Source: a virus. From it: 64,000 nt of DNA. Location: positions 1 through 64,000 of IMG/VR virus record IMGVR_UViG_3300009709_000020; one strand, written 5' to 3'. The notes under the pieces are model-generated. The model ran no database searches, was not told the DNA's origin, and was given only the letters and a program-made list of their open reading frames with translations. The position numbers and the translations under genes were made by a program. The first letter of the stretch is position 1. Every line of letters starts with the position of its first letter. Shown here in pieces: positions 59,003-64,000 of this stretch.

Positions 59003-60295
59003 TCCGGATATTATATCCTCATGCGTATTATAGAAACTATTATTTCATTATAAACTATCTCTGCTTCATTTCATTTCGCAGAAGATCAAACTTGAGTTAT
59101 TTTTTACTCACTCTCGTTCGTAAAATAACACACAGTTTATATTTTTAATTAGTTTTTCTTTTTATATAGGACTTAATTATATATAGGCCAATAGATACTC
59201 TTGTAGAAGGAGAGCCATGGTAGTGCTTCTTTCAAAGCACTACCAATGGTTAGTTTGCTAAAAGTAAATTTGAAATGTACTTGTAGAAAGTGTCACTCTA
59301 GTCGCAAGTCCCCGATTCAACTATCCATTCCTGATGTTGAAACGATACCGGTCACGTTGTAAATTATTATGGGAAGTAGTGGGTGTTAACCATGACGCAT
59401 GTTCAGATTCGTCTTGCTGCATTTATGAATCTGACTCATTCCGGGATTGCTATACCAGTAGCCAAGAGCCCGGTCGGTATAATACCAGTCTATCTGTCAA
59501 ATTTTATATTGAATGTTCCATATGGCGTTCAAACTCTTTGGCATTACTCTAGCGGGACATATTTTTAAAAATAGTTTCCATAGCATGAAATCTTAGGCGA
59601 CCGTACGTCTTAAGCAGAGAGTCACCCGGGACAGATACCATGGACAATTAATGCCAAATACCCAAACCAAAAATAAATTTTAAAAAAATATTTTATTAAT
59701 GGTTTCGGGTTTTGGCATCACGCCGCACCAAAGATAGTCTTTCATACTCCTACAAGTACTAATGACCTCAGGTTTCTTCATCGATAGCACGTATACCTAA
59801 CATTCTAATATACTTCACTAACAGGCCTTTGTTTTGGTTTACTCAATAACTCATCATGTCATTGAACCTTCAACGTTCTTCTTCCCCCGGGCGTTATCAT
59901 ATCCTTTTAAGACTGAACACACAGATATGTTTACATTATTTTTTCGGGGCGTAATTCTCGTTGCTTGCATTTCTCGGGCTTCCTCCGAGTATTTTTGTTT
60001 GTAAATTGGTAAATATGGTCGTGTGAACATATTTGTGTTAATCCAATCCCAAGCTGTTCTGTTATGATTTTTTAAAGATGTCATCATAAAGAACGAAACC
60101 GACAGACTACTTCACATGGTTGACAGTACAATGAATTAATTCATTGTGCTGGTCTTGTCCCTAGAATCTGATCGCATTCATCAGTGGTGCAATTTCAAAG
60201 GGGATCGAGGTACCTCGATCAAGCGACGATGGCATTTTACCGCAATATGTTCAATATGAACTAGGAATCTGGATAGATGTATTGCGTCAAAATGT
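59003..60295 (-). ncRNA. Large structured non-coding element, copy 2 (unknown family)
   Basis: Paralog of 21085-22136 with the same block order and covarying stems; TTGATT-N17-TATAAT at 60330-60302. Confidence 0.75.
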
Positions 60296-60301
60296 AAATT
60301 A

Positions 60302-60330
60302 ATTATACATAATTAAAATATAAAAATCAA
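60302..60330 (-). promoter_or_regulatory. sigma70-type promoter heading non-coding copy 2
   Basis: -35 TTGATT 60325-60330, 17-nt spacer, -10 TATAAT 60302-60307. Confidence 0.65.
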
Positions 60331-60345
60331 CCATTAAATAAATTC

Positions 60346-61758
60346 ATGAACATAAAAGAAATTGCCAATTTTAAATTGTCAGATGCAGTAAAATTCCACA
60401 AAACCCTAAATCCTAAACTTTGGGAAGATAATCATTTGATTCCTGAGGTTAGAGAAAAATTATTGGTTATTGCAGAAGATTTCTTGGAAGAACTTGGTAT
60501 TCATCCTTTAAAGGTTGAAGATGTTCGCATCTATGGATCAAATACATCATACACTTATACCATTCATAGTGACATAGATTTACACATATTAGTTGATTAT
60601 AATGATTTGCCGGACAACGATGTATATAAAGAGTTGTTCAATGCAAAGAAAACAATTTACAATGAAACGCACAAAGTAAAAATTCGTGGAATTCCAGTAG
60701 AGTTATATGTACAAGATACAAATGAAGAGAATAAATCCATCGGAACATACAGTATATTACATGATCATTGGATCAAATATCCACAGAAACAAGATGTTAC
60801 TATTGATGAGGCATCTGTTAAAGCAAAATATGAAAAATTAGCAGATTATGCTGACCATGTGTTAAAAACCGAAAATCCATATAAGTTAGACACTTTTTTG
60901 AAATTGCTTAAGCGATATAGACAAGCGGGATTAGAAAAAGGGGGAGATTTGGGCCCCGAAAATCTTGTTTTTAAATTACTAAGAGCCAATAATTACATTG
61001 GAAAAATTAGAAAATTAAAACAAAAATTGCACGGACAACAATTATCACTTGAACATATAAATGAGGCATCCGGATATATACCTTCCGAAAAAGAAAAAAA
61101 TGATCCCCGTTTTAAAACTGGGTTGACAGTTGATGTTAAACCAGACTCAATTCAAAAAAATGCAAAAGCATTTGGCTCAAAAGTTTCTCGTCCTGGTATC
61201 CCGCCCCAAGCAAAAACAAACGGAAAAATTTCAGAAAATTTTGAATTTAAGTCATTCCAGATTCACAATGAAGATAACACTGATTCGGACATGGAAAATT
61301 TTCTAAAATTGTTGCAAAACAATAATACTCCTCATAAATTACTAGAGGATGTTATGGATGCAATGGATAAGAAATCTACCCGAATAAATGAACAAAATGA
61401 TCCTTCCGTAACCATTTCTCAACTAGAGCAATTTATCAATTCAAAAAAGATTGATTTGATAATAGGTAATAAATATATTCCGGTCATGCTTGCTCTTTTC
61501 AATGGCATATTAACTGTTTGTGACATACACAAAAATTCCTCTTTAATCACTCCTGCGGAATTTGGTGTACTGACAGAAATAAATGAATATGATGTAAATA
61601 TAGAATTTTCAAGTGGATCGTATCGCTATCCACTTGGGATTTATAAAATTGCAACTGTAACAGGAACAATTTTTGTTGAAACACCTGAAAATTATGAAAA
61701 ATTACGAACAGCCATCGCGTTAAAATTTGATAAAGTTTTGCCTCCCCTAAAAATTTGA
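60346..61758 (+). CDS. Pol-beta superfamily nucleotidyltransferase domain protein with C-terminal extensions
   Basis: GSN..Y.Y...SDIDLHI and PVELYVQD; TAAATA 5 nt upstream. Confidence 0.8.
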   Translation: MNIKEIANFKLSDAVKFHKTLNPKLWEDNHLIPEVREKLLVIAEDFLEELGIHPLKVEDVRIYGSNTSYTYTIHSDIDLHILVDYNDLPDNDVYKELFNAKKTIYNETHKVKIRGIPVELYVQDTNEENKSIGTYSILHDHWIKYPQKQDVTIDEASVKAKYEKLADYADHVLKTENPYKLDTFLKLLKRYRQAGLEKGGDLGPENLVFKLLRANNYIGKIRKLKQKLHGQQLSLEHINEASGYIPSEKEKNDPRFKTGLTVDVKPDSIQKNAKAFGSKVSRPGIPPQAKTNGKISENFEFKSFQIHNEDNTDSDMENFLKLLQNNNTPHKLLEDVMDAMDKKSTRINEQNDPSVTISQLEQFINSKKIDLIIGNKYIPVMLALFNGILTVCDIHKNSSLITPAEFGVLTEINEYDVNIEFSSGSYRYPLGIYKIATVTGTIFVETPENYEKLRTAIALKFDKVLPPLKI

Positions 61759-61804
61759 CATAATACCAAAAATCTATAAAAGAAGTTTTTTAAGGGAGAA
61801 ACCT

Positions 61805-62083
61805 ATGGAAATAACCGGTGCACTCCATGCAGCCGAAATTCAGGCACATAGATATCTAATGTTTTCCAAATTGCCTTATAAAATGCGAAATACCAACACA
61901 AAACTCAATTATTTCATGCGGTTACTTAGAGCAACGCTTGAGGAAATAAGTAAACAGGAAGTTGAAACAAAACGCGATAATCGACAGTTTCAACAAGACA
62001 AGTTGTTGGAAAACATACAACAATTCAAAGATGCATTGGATTTATTCGACAGAGAAATGACAATCGTACAACTCAAAATCTAA
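61805..62083 (+). CDS. Hypothetical protein
   Basis: 92 aa, GGGAG SD, TTGACA-N16-TAAAAG at 61755-61782. Confidence 0.7.
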   Translation: MEITGALHAAEIQAHRYLMFSKLPYKMRNTNTKLNYFMRLLRATLEEISKQEVETKRDNRQFQQDKLLENIQQFKDALDLFDREMTIVQLKI

Positions 62084-62128
62084 AAAAATCTGATTTGAAA
62101 TTTTTTTCAGATTATCCGAAAAAAAAGT

Positions 62129-62157
62129 TTGACACAGGAATCAAATCACTTTAGAAC
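62129..62157 (+). promoter_or_regulatory. Early promoter TTGACA-N17-TAGAAC with upstream A-tract
   Basis: Direct motif match upstream of the AAA gene. Confidence 0.7.
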
Positions 62158-62215
62158 GACTTCACAGACAGCGATGAAGCAGTCTTGTAAAACAATCTTT
62201 AGGAGTTAATAAAAT

Positions 62216-63325
62216 ATGGCACAAGTTTCCGATAATGCACTAACAGTTACCCCAGTACAAGCCCGCAAGGCTATTCTGAAGGCTTTCAAAGTAAAGCGTC
62301 CTATCTTTCTTCGTGGTCCCGCAGGCATCGGCAAGTCTGATATCATGGAAGATATCGCAGTAAATGAACTGAAGGGCGCAATTGTTGATATGCGTCTATC
62401 ACAATGCGATCAAACTGATCTTCGCGGTATTCCTTTCTTCAATAAGGACACTGGTCTGATGGAATGGGCTCCCCCAGTTGAGCTTCCTTCGAAGGAATTT
62501 GCAGCACAATATCCGTATGTTGTTCTGTTTCTTGACGAAATCAACTCTGCTGCCCCTGCTGTACAAGCAGCAGCATATCAGCTAATCCTAAATCGTAAGG
62601 TTGGTACTTATACTCTCCCTGATAACGTTGTTATCGCAGCAGCAGGCAACCTTGATACTGATAAGGGTGTAGTGTACAAGATGCCTCTTCCCCTTGCAAA
62701 TCGATTCCTGCATCTCACCCTTCGCTCGGACTTCCCCAGCTGGCAAGAATGGGCAGTTAATCACAATGTTCATAAGGATGTTGTTGGTTATCTGAGCTTT
62801 GCAAAACAGGATATGCATAATTACAATGCAAATTCTCCTGATCTTGCGTTTGCAACTCCCCGGACTTGGACTTTCGTGAGTGATCTTCTCCATGTAGAAG
62901 ATACGGACAATGAAACTCTGTTTCATCTGATTGCAGGTGCAGTTGGTCAGGGTGTAGCTACCAAGTTCATGGCACATCGCAAGGTTGCAAGCAAGATGCC
63001 GAATCCTTCGGACATTCTGTCAGGAAAGGTCACTGATCTTAAGACCGAAGAAATCTCAGCAATGTATTCACTGACGATTTCACTGTGCTATGAACTGCGT
63101 GACGCAGTTGATAACAACAAGATTGATGCCAAGGAACTCGAAAAGATGGCAGATAATTATCTGGTCTATATGATGAAGAATTTCGAACACGAACTGGTAG
63201 TTATGGGCGCCCGTATCGCACTTAAGACTTATTCACTTCCGATCGAATTCTCAAATCTGCCCAGCTTTGATGAGTTCTTCAAGCGCTTCGGTAAACACAT
63301 TGTTGCAGCATCGGGCGCTCGATAA
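62216..63325 (+). CDS. MoxR-type AAA+ ATPase
   Basis: GPAGIGKS, DLRGIP, LFLDEIN, AAGN, LANRF, ATPRTW. Confidence 0.9.
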   Translation: MAQVSDNALTVTPVQARKAILKAFKVKRPIFLRGPAGIGKSDIMEDIAVNELKGAIVDMRLSQCDQTDLRGIPFFNKDTGLMEWAPPVELPSKEFAAQYPYVVLFLDEINSAAPAVQAAAYQLILNRKVGTYTLPDNVVIAAAGNLDTDKGVVYKMPLPLANRFLHLTLRSDFPSWQEWAVNHNVHKDVVGYLSFAKQDMHNYNANSPDLAFATPRTWTFVSDLLHVEDTDNETLFHLIAGAVGQGVATKFMAHRKVASKMPNPSDILSGKVTDLKTEEISAMYSLTISLCYELRDAVDNNKIDAKELEKMADNYLVYMMKNFEHELVVMGARIALKTYSLPIEFSNLPSFDEFFKRFGKHIVAASGAR

Positions 63326-63360
63326 ATCTAGCAAAATATAAGTTTCGAGTCGGAAACTTG

Positions 63361-63390
63361 AAAAAGCTAATGGGACATAGTCCCATTAGC
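63361..63390 (-). terminator. Terminator between convergent genes
   Basis: GCTAATGGGAC/GTCCCATTAGC with A-tract at 63361-63365. Confidence 0.7.
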
Positions 63391-63457
63391 CATTTATAAA
63401 ATCCGAAATTCAGATAGATAACCGGCTTCTTTGGAAATTTTTTATTGAGGCAAATGG

Positions 63458-64000
63458 TTATGTTTTGGTCCATAACCATTTGCTATTTCCGCAATCATAA
63501 AAGACCAAATATCCTAATTGTTTCATGATTTCAGGTTCAGACATCATTGGATCATGTCCCATTTTCACTAATCTTTTTTTAGTGAATGATGCTCTGTGAT
63601 ACCTAATACCATTTTTCAAATACCAATAACCCACATTATTTTCATGTGTTGTGATTTCCATGAAACCCAATGACTTGTAAAGATTCCCATTGCTCCAACA
63701 TCTATCTGCATATGATACGATTTCTGTTGGGTTTAATTCTGATATAAAATGTTTGAACAATTTACTAGCACCTCCCACCACAGTGCCCGATGAACAATAG
63801 CGTACTAATTCGTATGCATTTTTTGTGAATCGTGATTTTGAAAAACTCATTGTTGCTACCAAATTATTTTCAAAAAATAAACCATATTTGAATTTTGCAT
63901 TTGCATTCCCGTACAAATGATTTTCCTCACAGAACTTTTTGTAAAGCTTCGGCGTAATTTCGGATATTGAGCATTTTCTAGCATATAATTTATTAGAAAC
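63458..64000 (-). CDS. 3' part of a second GNAT/Mom-like domain gene (probable Hef-like endonuclease), runs off the window
   Basis: Frame open to 64000 (VSNKLYARKC...NHLYG), ELVRYC, GGASKLF, YADRCWSNGNLY.SLGF, DCGN; paralog of the 7380-9113 C-terminus. Confidence 0.8.
   Translation of the reverse strand, partial: VSNKLYARKCSISEITPKLYKKFCEENHLYGNANAKFKYGLFFENNLVATMSFSKSRFTKNAYELVRYCSSGTVVGGASKLFKHFISELNPTEIVSYADRCWSNGNLYKSLGFMEITTHENNVGYWYLKNGIRYHRASFTKKRLVKMGHDPMMSEPEIMKQLGYLVFYDCGNSKWLWTKT

Noticed and set aside
21085-60295. CRISPR array, retron or diversity-generating retroelement
   Set aside because: No regularly spaced repeats, no cas or reverse transcriptase gene in the window, and differences between copies are compensatory rather than adenine-specific
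1144-63479. Numerous short antisense or nested ORFs in the track (e.g. 31032-31679, 34751-35338, 16906-17523)
   Set aside because: Shadows of long genes caused by codon bias; no motifs or initiation signals
1-64000. Alternative genetic code (stop codon reassignment)
   Set aside because: Core genes are full length and densely packed under the standard code; TAA and TGA both terminate conserved genes

Overview
A 64-kb, AT-rich segment of a large T4-related myophage genome. Protein identities come from motif recognition and gene order only; no database searches were run. The minus strand carries recombination and replication genes (uvsY, uvsX, gp32), the head module (gp23, gp22, gp21, gp20) and a tape-measure-like protein with two peptidoglycan hydrolase domains. 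An accessory island at about 20.3-25.1 kb precedes gp46, gp47 and gp55. A long plus-strand baseplate/tail operon follows, including a 5756-aa protein, then a nucleotidyltransferase and a MoxR-type AAA ATPase. The strongest unexplained signal is a pair of paralogous ~1.0-1.3 kb non-coding elements (about 21085-22136 and 59003-60295). They share ordered sequence blocks, compensatory stem substitutions, self-contained variable domains and matching sigma70-type promoters, which suggests a large structured RNA or ssDNA element of unknown function. Other notable signals: a candidate -1 frameshift (T TTT TTC) in the gene beside the tape measure; systematic leaderless-mRNA geometry; early promoters lacking the -7 T, hinting at an alphaproteobacterial host; a six-member GPA-repeat paralog family whose five complete members share a C-terminal motif; an RBS-sequestering hairpin with a late promoter in its loop before a GIY-YIG nuclease; and two small ORFs missed by the ORF track.
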